DNA of 40,590 nt, from the NCBI GenBank assembly GCA_964532965.1, contig CAZHJE010000001.1:10694-51283 (forward strand), given 5' to 3'. The notes below the pieces were generated by a model. That model was not told the DNA's origin. It worked only from the letters and a program-made list of their open reading frames with translations, and searched no databases. Both the position numbers and the translations under genes were made by a program. Shown here in pieces: positions 27,018 to 35,586 of this stretch (position 1 is the first letter of the stretch; each line of letters starts with the position of its first letter). The stretch is from an uncultured Candidatus Saccharibacteria bacterium (GTDB taxonomy: Bacteria; Patescibacteriota; WWE3; UBA101185; UBA10185).

Positions 27018-28549
27018 TACTTTGCCATTTCTGTTACTCTAGTTTCTCTAATCACAGTTACTTTAACAACTCCCGGATAAGTCTGTTCAAGTTCTATCTT
27101 TTTTGCAATTTCTCTTGCCAAAAGCGCAGTAGAGGAATCATCAACTTTTTCAGGACTTACAAAAATTCTAACCTCGCGCCCAGCAGATATTGCATATGCT
27201 TTATCGACACCATCAAATGATGTTGCAGCATCTTCCAAGTTTTGCATTCTTGCAACGTATGATTCATAATCTTCAGATCTAGCTCCAGGTCTTGCACCAC
27301 TAATATGATCTGCGAGTGCAACTACCGCCGATTCTATAGAGCTAAAAGGCCTATCTTCATGATGCTCTGCAACAGCATTAATAACTGCCTCAGGCATTTT
27401 ATATTTTTTCAATAAATCAACACCGAGTTGTACATGTGTGCCCTCGGCGTCATTTACGACTTTTCCGATATCATGAAACAAACACCCAAGTTTAACTGTT
27501 TCTACGTCGACTTTTAACTCATGTGCAAGTGCAACACCAATTCTTGTTTCTTCAAGAGTGTGTTCAATCATGTTTTGCCCATATGAAAACCTATATTTAA
27601 ATCTCCCGAGCATCTGGACTAAGTCTTTAGGTACATTATATACACCTACACGATGGCATAAATTGTCGCCTTCTTTGTACATTATATGCTCAATGTCTTT
27701 TTGAGTCTGTTCAACTACCTCCTCTATACGTGAGGGCTGTATTCTGCCATCAGCGAGTAGTCTTTCAAGAGCTATCTTTGCAACTTCTCGTCTTACCGGA
27801 TCAAAAGATGAAATAATTATGTCTCCTGGCGAAGAATCCAAATCTAATTCAACACCAGTTTGCTCTTCGAATTTCTTTATATTTCTACCTTCTTTACCAA
27901 TTATTCTACCTTTCAACTCTTCATCGCCTAACTTAACTTTAGAAGTTGTATATGAAACTACATAATCTGTTGCACCAAATCTCATAGCGTCAACTAATAT
28001 TTCTTGAGCCATAACATCCGCAGTTCTTTTTATTTCCTCTTCAATCTGACGTATTCTTTTACTTTTTTCTTCTATCAGTTCTTTATCGTATAAGACTAAT
28101 AATTCTTTTTTTGCCTCTTCTGGCGTTAAATGTGCCAACTCTTCCAGTTTTTGTTGTTTTTGCTTTAAAAGATCGTCTATCTTAACATTTTTTTCTTCAA
28201 TCTTTTCTTGTATTTGCTTTATTTGAGATTTCTTTTCTTTAAGCTCATCTTCCCTTACTTTTATTTCTGCCTCTTTTATGGTGAGCTGTTTTTCTTTTTC
28301 TCCAGACGATTTAATAATAGTATTTGCCTCATTTGTTGCATCATTTTTTATCTTCAAAGCCTCGGCCTTGGCTTCGAGTAATATTTCTTTTGCTTTTGCT
28401 CTAGCTTGAAGTACAATGGTTTGATCTGATACATCACCAGTATCATCTTTTTTTTGTATGTTTGGTGCTTTTTTATTACTCCCAAAATAATAAGCAACAC
28501 CTGCGATAACAAGTAGCAAAATTCCAAATAATATGTATGTACTTAACAT
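27017..28549 (-). CDS. rny: Ribonuclease Y
   Basis: N-terminal TM, Lys/Glu-rich coiled coil, KH motif GRIIGKEGRNIK, HD motif LFHDIGK. I place the start at ATG 28549, with SD AAGGAGGA 3 nt upstream. The ORF-track start at 28573 runs through that SD. Confidence 0.92.
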   Translation of the reverse strand: MLSTYILFGILLLVIAGVAYYFGSNKKAPNIQKKDDTGDVSDQTIVLQARAKAKEILLEAKAEALKIKNDATNEANTIIKSSGEKEKQLTIKEAEIKVREDELKEKKSQIKQIQEKIEEKNVKIDDLLKQKQQKLEELAHLTPEEAKKELLVLYDKELIEEKSKRIRQIEEEIKRTADVMAQEILVDAMRFGATDYVVSYTTSKVKLGDEELKGRIIGKEGRNIKKFEEQTGVELDLDSSPGDIIISSFDPVRREVAKIALERLLADGRIQPSRIEEVVEQTQKDIEHIMYKEGDNLCHRVGVYNVPKDLVQMLGRFKYRFSYGQNMIEHTLEETRIGVALAHELKVDVETVKLGCLFHDIGKVVNDAEGTHVQLGVDLLKKYKMPEAVINAVAEHHEDRPFSSIESAVVALADHISGARPGARSEDYESYVARMQNLEDAATSFDGVDKAYAISAGREVRIFVSPEKVDDSSTALLAREIAKKIELEQTYPGVVKVTVIRETRVTEMAK

Positions 28550-28726
28550 AGTCCTCCTTGCGACGTTAAACAATTAGTTAAACTTAATATTTTGTCGATT
28601 TAGTATGAAACAAGCAAAAAAGTTTTAAACCCGATATAGGTAATATGAACACCGTATATGCAATAGTTTTTTTGTATTTAGTTTTTTGTTTAAAAAGCTT
28701 GTTATCATAGGAAATACAACAAATAG

Positions 28727-28755
28727 ATAATAGTTTAGATTGGGGAAAGTGTCAA
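28727..28755 (-). promoter_or_regulatory. Candidate sigma70-type promoter for rny
   Basis: Minus strand reads TTGACA (28755-28750), a 17-nt spacer, then TATTAT (28732-27). It lies immediately after the recX stop and about 170 nt upstream of the rny ATG. Confidence 0.4.
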
Positions 28756-28757
28756 AT

Positions 28758-29234
28758 TTAAGATTTTAAGGAATTTATGCTATCCGCCGAGAAGCCTCTT
28801 CTAAAAAGATATGCTTTTTGAGCTCTAAAATCTTTTTTATTCAATTTCTTTAATACAATACTTTGTACAATGCTTCTTTCTAAATCTGCCGTGTAAACAG
28901 CTTCTAAAGCATTTGACACTGTTTGTTTAGCAACCCCTTTTTTATACAAAAACTGTGCGAGCTCTAATTTACTATATGGAGCATTAGAATCACTTTTTTG
29001 AAGTATATAGGTCTCAGCATATCTGTAATCATCTAAAAAGGAATGATCTGTCAAATATTCTAGTATTTCTTTTGTCAGCCTTTCTTTTAGTGTTTCGGCA
29101 CCATCTGCCAGTGTGCTTTTTAGCAATTTAGAAATCTTTTGTTTAACCTCAACAATAGTTCTATCTTTAAATGTAATAAAAGAAAGACAGTTATTTAACA
29201 CTCTTGTATACAACTCGTTGTAATCACTGGTCAT
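28758..29234 (-). CDS. recX: RecX-like recombination regulator
   Basis: 158 aa helical-repeat protein immediately downstream of recA. Has the typical RecX-like repeats (YLxxKG, FLxRRGF-type ending: YLFRRGFSAD). Confidence 0.75.
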   Translation of the reverse strand: MTSDYNELYTRVLNNCLSFITFKDRTIVEVKQKISKLLKSTLADGAETLKERLTKEILEYLTDHSFLDDYRYAETYILQKSDSNAPYSKLELAQFLYKKGVAKQTVSNALEAVYTADLERSIVQSIVLKKLNKKDFRAQKAYLFRRGFSADSINSLKS

Positions 29235-29251
29235 TAAAAATATGGTAACAC

Positions 29252-30337
29252 TTATTCACTATCTGTATACTCACTATCTTCAGCATCAGCTTTTAAAGCT
29301 AAAGGCACTGTTTCGCCACTTGAAAGTATGTTTCTAATCTTTTTTTCGATTTCCTGATATACTTTTTGATTTGTGTTGAGTAATTCCTTCACCGCTTCTC
29401 TTCCCTGACCTATCTTTTCACCATTAAACTCATACCAAGAACCACTTTTTTTAACAATATTCAATTCAACACCTACATCAACCAGGTTTCCTGCCTTACT
29501 TATACCTTCGTTAAACATTATGTCAAACTCTGCTACTCTAAACGGCGGGGCCACTTTGTTTTTGACAACTTTGACACGTACGCGAATTCCAGAAATATCA
29601 GATCCACTACCTTTTAGAGACTCAATTCGTCTAATTTCAAGTCTTACAGAGGCATAAAATTTCAATGCCCGTCCACCAGGTGTGATTTCGGGATTACCAA
29701 ACATTACACCAACTTTTGTTCTTAGTTGATTAGTGAATATGACAGTGCAGTTAGATTTGCTTATTGCACCAGTTATTTTCCTTAACGCATGGCTCATAAG
29801 CCTAGCTTGGAGTGCTATATGACTGTCCCCAATATCTCCATCTATTTCAGCACGAGGTGTAAGTGCTGCAACTGAGTCAATTGCAATAACATCTACAGCA
29901 TTAGAACGAATTAAAGTCTCAGCGATTTCAAGTGCCTGCTCGCCAGTATCAGGTTGCGACACAAGTAAATTTTCAACATCAACTCCGGTTTTTTCAGCAT
30001 ATACAGGATCAAACGCATGTTCTGCATCAATCAATGCCGCCGTACCCCCAATTTTTTGTGCTTCAGCAATAATATGTTGCACCAGTGTAGTTTTTCCAGA
30101 AGATTCTGGGCCATATATTTCAATGATACGTCCCCTAGGGATACCTCCAATGCCAAGTGCTACATCTAAAGCAATAGAACCTGTTGGAATGACCTCTATA
30201 TTTTTTCTTTGAGTCTTATCTCCTAATCTCATAATAGATCCTTTTCCGAAACTTTTTTCTATTTGAGCAAGTGCAGAATCTAGCGCTAATTTTTTATTTT
30301 TATCTACATTTGTATTTGTTGTAATTTTGTTTGCCAT
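29252..30337 (-). CDS. recA: Recombinase RecA
   Basis: [19 protein letters not shown], Walker [33 protein letters not shown], acidic C-terminal tail. Confidence 0.97.
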   Translation of the reverse strand: MANKITTNTNVDKNKKLALDSALAQIEKSFGKGSIMRLGDKTQRKNIEVIPTGSIALDVALGIGGIPRGRIIEIYGPESSGKTTLVQHIIAEAQKIGGTAALIDAEHAFDPVYAEKTGVDVENLLVSQPDTGEQALEIAETLIRSNAVDVIAIDSVAALTPRAEIDGDIGDSHIALQARLMSHALRKITGAISKSNCTVIFTNQLRTKVGVMFGNPEITPGGRALKFYASVRLEIRRIESLKGSGSDISGIRVRVKVVKNKVAPPFRVAEFDIMFNEGISKAGNLVDVGVELNIVKKSGSWYEFNGEKIGQGREAVKELLNTNQKVYQEIEKKIRNILSSGETVPLALKADAEDSEYTDSE

Positions 30338-30374
30338 AATGTATACAGTTTATCAAAAACACCATAACATACAA

Positions 30375-30401
30375 CTAGATGTACTCTAGTGAGACTAGAG
30401 T
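30375..30401. repeat. Three CTAGA/TCTAG arms spaced 10 nt apart; strongest hairpin ACTCTAG-tgaga-CTAGAGT
   Basis: CTAGA at 30375-79, TCTAG at 30385-89, CTAGA at 30395-99. ACTCTAG (30383-89) pairs with CTAGAGT (30395-401). Outer arms are ACATACA (30367-73) and TGTATGT (30401-07). The element overlaps the gltX stop codon and lies 40-70 nt upstream of the recA ATG. Confidence 0.6.
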
Positions 30402-31855
30402 GTATGTTGCGCGATTTTGATTCTTTCTAGTACCTCAGCCTTACCTAATACTTCTAATATATCAAAAAGTTGAGGAGTGGCATCCCTACCCGATAGCGCT
30501 ACTCTTATAGTCATAAATGCTTCTTTTGGTGTATAACCCATTTCTTTTATATAATCGAAAGCTTTATCGTGCATAGTTGATGCTCTCCAATCTGAAATAT
30601 CTTCAAAGAAAGTGGAAAAATTAGAAAGTATCTCTTTTGTTTTATCTTTTGCGTACGACACAAGAATAGTTTTATCTATTTGTGGTTTATTAAAAAAATA
30701 TGTTGTTGCGTAATCAAATTCAGCTAAGGTTTTTAACTTTTCTTTCACAAGCCCTATTACAAGTAGCAGATGGTTTTTATCTATATTCTCAAGATTATAA
30801 GAAAAGTTAATATCAAATTTAGTTTTCCAAGAAATTACTTTTTGAAGTAAGGCTTCATTAGAAGTATTTCTAATATAGTACCCATTCATCCACAATAATT
30901 TCTCCCTATCAAATACAACAAGATCTGTTTTGTGTATTCTTTCTATAGAAAAATCTTGTATAAATTCATCTAAAGTATATATTTCTTTTTCGGTACCGGG
31001 GTTCCAACCCAAAAACATCACAAAGTTTAATAAAGCTTCAGGTAAATAGCCATTTTGTAAAAAGTTTATCGCGTAAACCTCGCCATATCTTTTGCTCATT
31101 TTTTTAGTTGCTCCTGCTTCTTTTAGATTTGGTAAATGACCAAATCTAGGAATTTCCCAACCAAAAGCATTAAACAAAACAATTTGTTTGGGAGTAGAAG
31201 GTATCCACTCAACACCCCTTAACACTGGATTTATTTCCATCATATGATCATCAACAACTACCGCGAGATGATAAGTTGGAAAGCCATCAGATTTTAATAA
31301 TATTTGATCATCAAGTTCAGCTGTATTTATTTCAATGTTACCTAATACTAAATCATCCCAAACTATGACTTTATCCTCAGGCATTTTTAACCTAATAACA
31401 TAGGGTTCGTTGTCTTCCAATTTTTTATTTATCTCTTTTTGTGTCAACTGTAAACAGTGTCTATCGTATTTAGTCGTAGCAAGACCCAGTGCTTTTTGTT
31501 CTTGCCGCATATGCTCTAATCTTTCAGGTGTACAAAAACAGCAATATGCATGGCCAAGTTCAATTAATCTTTGTGCATAGTCTTTATATAAGTCCAGTCT
31601 TTGAGATTGTATATATGGTTTATACGGACCAGAGACTTCAGGACCTTCATCCCATGACAAACCAAATGATTTAATTACATCTAACATGCGTTCAAGTGCC
31701 CCAGAAACTTCTCTGTTCTTATCAGTATCCTCAATACGCAAAATCATTTGCCCGTTATTTTTTTTTGCCCAAGCGTAGTTATATAAATAAGTTCGAATAC
31801 CACCGATGTGATATTCACCCGTTGGGCTGGGTGCCATTCGAGTTCTAACTTTCAT
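30395..31855 (-). CDS. gltX: Glutamyl-tRNA synthetase
   Basis: VRTRMAPSPTGEYHIGG (HIGH motif), KMSKR (KMSKS motif), and a Cys cluster YCCFCTPERL...DRHC. Confidence 0.95.
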   Translation of the reverse strand: MKVRTRMAPSPTGEYHIGGIRTYLYNYAWAKKNNGQMILRIEDTDKNREVSGALERMLDVIKSFGLSWDEGPEVSGPYKPYIQSQRLDLYKDYAQRLIELGHAYCCFCTPERLEHMRQEQKALGLATTKYDRHCLQLTQKEINKKLEDNEPYVIRLKMPEDKVIVWDDLVLGNIEINTAELDDQILLKSDGFPTYHLAVVVDDHMMEINPVLRGVEWIPSTPKQIVLFNAFGWEIPRFGHLPNLKEAGATKKMSKRYGEVYAINFLQNGYLPEALLNFVMFLGWNPGTEKEIYTLDEFIQDFSIERIHKTDLVVFDREKLLWMNGYYIRNTSNEALLQKVISWKTKFDINFSYNLENIDKNHLLLVIGLVKEKLKTLAEFDYATTYFFNKPQIDKTILVSYAKDKTKEILSNFSTFFEDISDWRASTMHDKAFDYIKEMGYTPKEAFMTIRVALSGRDATPQLFDILEVLGKAEVLERIKIAQHTL

Positions 31856-31898
31856 AAAAGCATTTTACCACACTAAAAGCTATGTTAATATTAAAAAG

Positions 31899-33104
31899 AT
31901 GAATCTAACATACATTGCTAAGCTCACTAAAAAAATCGTTACCGCTTTTGCACTTCTTACTGCCATGTACATATTAAGCTTAATTTTTAGACCTGTTTTA
32001 AAAAATGCTTTTTACGCAGTGTTTCCACCAAAAGATCTACCCAACCCAGTATTCGGAAAATTGGACCCTCTCGTATTTAATGAAATAGAAACAACAAACT
32101 CTAATTATAACTTTTCAATCAATACAGCAGACGGGGAATTACCGTCAGGATTTCCAAAAAACATGATTGTTTACGAAATCAAAACGCCAGAATTTTCATT
32201 TCAAGCCGGAAAAGATGCGCAAGAAATTGCAAATTACCTTGGCTTTGGTCAAAACGATTTAGTCACCGACCTTAAAGGTAGCATTTATAGATGGAGAAAT
32301 AGAACATCGGGAGGTTTCTTGGAAATAGATATAAATACAAAGGAAATAAGCTTAAAAACCGATTTAAGTACAAAGTCAAACGTATATCCCATTGGTTCAG
32401 TCACAACAAGTAGCGCATCAGCTGCAAGCAAGCAAATGGCAGTAGCTATAGGAGGATTAACCGCAAAGGGATATCAAAATGCTGAAATGAAAGTCAATTT
32501 AGCAAGAATATCTGGCACCTCAGTACGCGCAGCACCCAGTTCGTCCGCACAACTCGCGCGTGTAGATTTTTTTAGAAAGTTTGGAGAATATCCTGTGTTA
32601 GGCGAAAACCCTTATACAGGCCTTATCAGTGTATTATATGGTAACTCTAGTATTAAAAACAACGCATACAACTTTCCATACGTTAAATATATCGAGAGAG
32701 ATGTAGTCGAAAACACTAATAACGTTGCTACATACCCAATTATAACAATTAACGAGGCCTGGAATGCTGTTACAAAAGATGATAAGGGTGTTATTGTAAG
32801 TGTACTACCCATCGGGGGAAGTGTTTTTGATAATCCTAATAACGTCTCAATCGAACAAGTTTTTATTGATAAAATCTATCTTGCATACTACGAAACTGAT
32901 AAAAACAATAAATATATACAACCTATATATGTATTCGAGGGTAAATATAACGTAGATAATAGACCAGGGGGAACATTAACAATATATTTTCCAGCAATAC
33001 AAGGACAATACATAAACCCTGTTGATGAAGACCAACAAAACTCTCCACAAGCACAAGAAGTAAATACAAGTGAACCTACAGTTAATCCGTCAATTTCTAA
33101 TTAA
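31899..33104 (+). CDS. Hypothetical membrane-anchored extracytoplasmic protein
   Basis: 401 aa. One N-terminal hydrophobic anchor (IVTAFALLTAMYILSLIF), Ser/Ala-rich linkers, and a low-complexity Q/N/P/S C-terminal tail. No family recognised. Its 3' end overlaps the convergent carboxypeptidase gene by 8 nt. Confidence 0.6.
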   Translation: MNLTYIAKLTKKIVTAFALLTAMYILSLIFRPVLKNAFYAVFPPKDLPNPVFGKLDPLVFNEIETTNSNYNFSINTADGELPSGFPKNMIVYEIKTPEFSFQAGKDAQEIANYLGFGQNDLVTDLKGSIYRWRNRTSGGFLEIDINTKEISLKTDLSTKSNVYPIGSVTTSSASAASKQMAVAIGGLTAKGYQNAEMKVNLARISGTSVRAAPSSSAQLARVDFFRKFGEYPVLGENPYTGLISVLYGNSSIKNNAYNFPYVKYIERDVVENTNNVATYPIITINEAWNAVTKDDKGVIVSVLPIGGSVFDNPNNVSIEQVFIDKIYLAYYETDKNNKYIQPIYVFEGKYNVDNRPGGTLTIYFPAIQGQYINPVDEDQQNSPQAQEVNTSEPTVNPSISN

Positions 33105-34125
33105 ACCTATAAGAATCCAGTACCCATTTTAATATTTGCTTTGTTTCCTCAAACCTATCTTCACTACCCATAATAATAATTATTATATTAGTACTACTAT
33201 CAGGATTATACCCATAAATAAATACTTGTCCGGCTTCGCTTGTTGTACCAGTTTTCACTCCCATAGAACCTGGGATCTGCACTAATAGTTCGTTTGTGGT
33301 ATAAACCTCTCTTGCTACTAAGCCCGTCTGAAGAGTGTAATTACTTTTAGAAATAGCATCTTTAATCTCAGGTTTATTCAAAGCAACTAATGTTAGCTTA
33401 TAAAGATCGTATGCAGAAGATAGATGATTTCCTTCTGGGCTATCAAACCCTACGGGATTAGAAAAATAAGTATTTTCTAGTTTTAACTCTTTTGCCTTTT
33501 CATTCATTAAATTTATATATGTTGAGTATGATCCTACACCATAAGCAAGTGTACATGACGCGTCTCCTGCAGATGATATTAACATTGCATATATCAAGTC
33601 CTTAATAGTAAGTGTTTCCCCTGGTTCAAAACCTACAATCTGTGTGTCTTTAAATGTTGTGCATTGAAGCGGTACTACTAATGTCTGATCCAAACTAAAA
33701 TAATCTAATGCAATAAGAGCTGTCATTAACTTAGTAGTGGATGCGGGCGGTAACGGAGTATTCTCGTTTAGACCGTACAACTTTTTATCATTTTTAGCAT
33801 CATATACAAGCACAGCATTTGCAGTAACAGAAGGTATAGGTATATCAGTCTTTTTTATTGGAAATATGAGATTAGCAATTTTATTCTCAAAAGCTGAATA
33901 TTTGTTTTGTGTTATATTGAAGTTTTGTTGCTTTGCTTCGTAAACACGGTATGCAGAAACAAAAATCATGTAACATAAAAAAACCACTATGGTAGCTTTT
34001 AATAAATTTTTAAAAAAAACTTGGGGCAACTCTTCGAGATATTCTATAAAAACCAACAAGTACAAAACACTAAATATTGTAAATAGTTGTAGTTTTCTAA
34101 AAGTAGCACGCATGTATTTGATCAT
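33097..34125 (-). CDS. Serine-type D-Ala-D-Ala carboxypeptidase (peptidase S11 / PBP5-like)
   Basis: N-terminal TM anchor, SxxK as ASTTKLMTA, KTG as GVKTGTT. The SxN box reads S-A-G in MLISSAGDAS. Confidence 0.8.
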   Translation of the reverse strand: MIKYMRATFRKLQLFTIFSVLYLLVFIEYLEELPQVFFKNLLKATIVVFLCYMIFVSAYRVYEAKQQNFNITQNKYSAFENKIANLIFPIKKTDIPIPSVTANAVLVYDAKNDKKLYGLNENTPLPPASTTKLMTALIALDYFSLDQTLVVPLQCTTFKDTQIVGFEPGETLTIKDLIYAMLISSAGDASCTLAYGVGSYSTYINLMNEKAKELKLENTYFSNPVGFDSPEGNHLSSAYDLYKLTLVALNKPEIKDAISKSNYTLQTGLVAREVYTTNELLVQIPGSMGVKTGTTSEAGQVFIYGYNPDSSTNIIIIIMGSEDRFEETKQILKWVLDSYRFN

Positions 34126-34154
34126 AACACAAAGAAACTCCTGACTATCTAAAC

Positions 34155-34169
34155 ATCAAATTATTTGAT
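34155..34169. repeat. Perfect 7-1-7 palindrome ATCAAAT-T-ATTTGAT
   Basis: Read directly in the 54-nt gap between the aspS stop (34180) and the carboxypeptidase start (34125). Confidence 0.5.
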
Positions 34170-34179
34170 AGCGAGCTTG

Positions 34180-35577
34180 TTATTTTAGCTTAATATGTAA
34201 CTCATCAAGAAGTGAATATTCTACATCAGAAGGGGCGTCCATTACTGCAGTTTTACCAGAGGATGTCATTGGAAATGCTATTGTTTCTTTTAGTGAGCTC
34301 GCATTTGCTAAAAGCATAACAAGCCTATCAATACCAAGCGCAATACCCCCATGTGGAGGAGTACCAAGTTCAAATGCCTCAAGCATGTGCCCAACACTCT
34401 GGTGTATTTCCATGTCAGAATAACCCATTATTTTAAATGTTGTTTTAAGCACCTCCGGATCATGCGCTCGAATACTACCACCACCAACCTCATACCCATT
34501 GCATACTAAATCATATTGTGTGGTTAATATTTTATCAATGTTTTCTTGCAACATGTGCATTTGGATGTAATCTGAAATAGGAGCGCTAAATGGATTATGT
34601 GTAAAAGTCCAACCACTTTTTCCATCTAGTACTTCGGCGGTATCTGTTTTATCTACTTGTTTAAAAAATGGAAAATTAATTACCCATGCAAATGCTAATA
34701 CATTAGCTTTTTTTTCTTCATCTGTTCGTAAATCAAATTTATCTGCACCGTATTTTTTTATTGCCTCTTCGTACGATATTACTGGGAATGTACTATCTTT
34801 TAATATTGCTCCAGTGGCTGTAATTGATTTTTTTACTATATCCTCAACAATAGTCATAACATCTTCTCTTGATACAAAACTTGCTTCAAGATCAAGCTGT
34901 GTAAATTCATACCCTCTGTCTGCTCTTAAATCCTCATCTCGTATACAACGCGCAACTTGAAAATACCTTTCAATACCTGCTGTCATTAGTAATTGTTTAT
35001 ATTGTTGCGGACTTTGAGGCAACGCATAAAATTTCCCAGGATTATGTCTTGATGGAACAATGAAATCTCTTGCGCCTTCTTTGGTAGATTTTGTAAGCAT
35101 TGGAGTTTCTACTTCTACAAAATCTTTCTCGTACAGATTATTTCTCAAGTTTTTTATGAGGTCTGATCGCATCCTAAGTATTTCTTGCATTCTATCTCTG
35201 CGTAAATCTAGGTAGCGATATTTTAACCTAATCTCTTCACTAATTTCTAAGCCATCTGTGTCAATTGGCATTGGTAATTCTTTTGATTTGTTTAATACGG
35301 TATATTCTTTTACCTCTAATTCAATATTCCCTGTAAGCAGTGTGTCATTCTTCATTGAGTCTGGGCGTTCTTTTACAATACCAATTATTTCAACAACTGA
35401 TTCTACAGATACTTCAGATAGCATTTTTACACCAACGCATTGAATAAGCCCTGTTCTATCTTTTAAATCAATGAATGTTATTTTTCCATGATCTCTTTTT
35501 GTATGCACCCAACCTTTGAGTATCACATCCTCACCAATTTTAGTTAATGTATCTTTAATTAATGTTCTTTCAGTCAT
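34180..35577 (-). CDS. aspS: Aspartyl-tRNA synthetase, bacterial-type core without the GAD insertion domain
   Basis: 465 aa. OB-fold N-terminus, motif 2 region CIRDEDLRADRGYEFTQLDLE, motif 3 GIALGIDRLVMLL. YGADKFDLRTDEEKKANVLAFAWVINFPFF joins the two sequence blocks that flank the ~130-aa GAD domain in E. coli AspRS. Confidence 0.92.
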   Translation of the reverse strand: MTERTLIKDTLTKIGEDVILKGWVHTKRDHGKITFIDLKDRTGLIQCVGVKMLSEVSVESVVEIIGIVKERPDSMKNDTLLTGNIELEVKEYTVLNKSKELPMPIDTDGLEISEEIRLKYRYLDLRRDRMQEILRMRSDLIKNLRNNLYEKDFVEVETPMLTKSTKEGARDFIVPSRHNPGKFYALPQSPQQYKQLLMTAGIERYFQVARCIRDEDLRADRGYEFTQLDLEASFVSREDVMTIVEDIVKKSITATGAILKDSTFPVISYEEAIKKYGADKFDLRTDEEKKANVLAFAWVINFPFFKQVDKTDTAEVLDGKSGWTFTHNPFSAPISDYIQMHMLQENIDKILTTQYDLVCNGYEVGGGSIRAHDPEVLKTTFKIMGYSDMEIHQSVGHMLEAFELGTPPHGGIALGIDRLVMLLANASSLKETIAFPMTSSGKTAVMDAPSDVEYSLLDELHIKLK

Positions 35578-35586
35578 ATTTTCCGA

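Noticed and set aside
28550-28573. Upstream starts given by the ORF track for rny (28573), hup (26014), GT-C paralog B (8707), the ALG5-like GT2 (22195) and the CAP protein (24571)
   Set aside because: The extensions for rny, hup and GT-C paralog B begin at non-ATG codons. For rny and hup the extension also runs through the SD sequence that serves the downstream ATG. For the ALG5-like GT2 the downstream ATG forms a classic ATGA coupling. For the CAP protein the downstream start removes an opposite-strand overlap with the kinase gene.
28574-28757. tRNA or other structured RNA gene in the longest intergenic region
   Set aside because: I could not find acceptor/T-arm-like complementarity or a GTTC-type box. 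The sequence is A/T-rich and better explained as a promoter plus leader for rny.
30338-30394. Canonical LexA/SOS box upstream of recA
   Set aside because: Neither CGAACnnnnGTTCG nor CTGT-N8-ACAG is present. Only the non-canonical CTAG palindromes are there, and those are reported separately.
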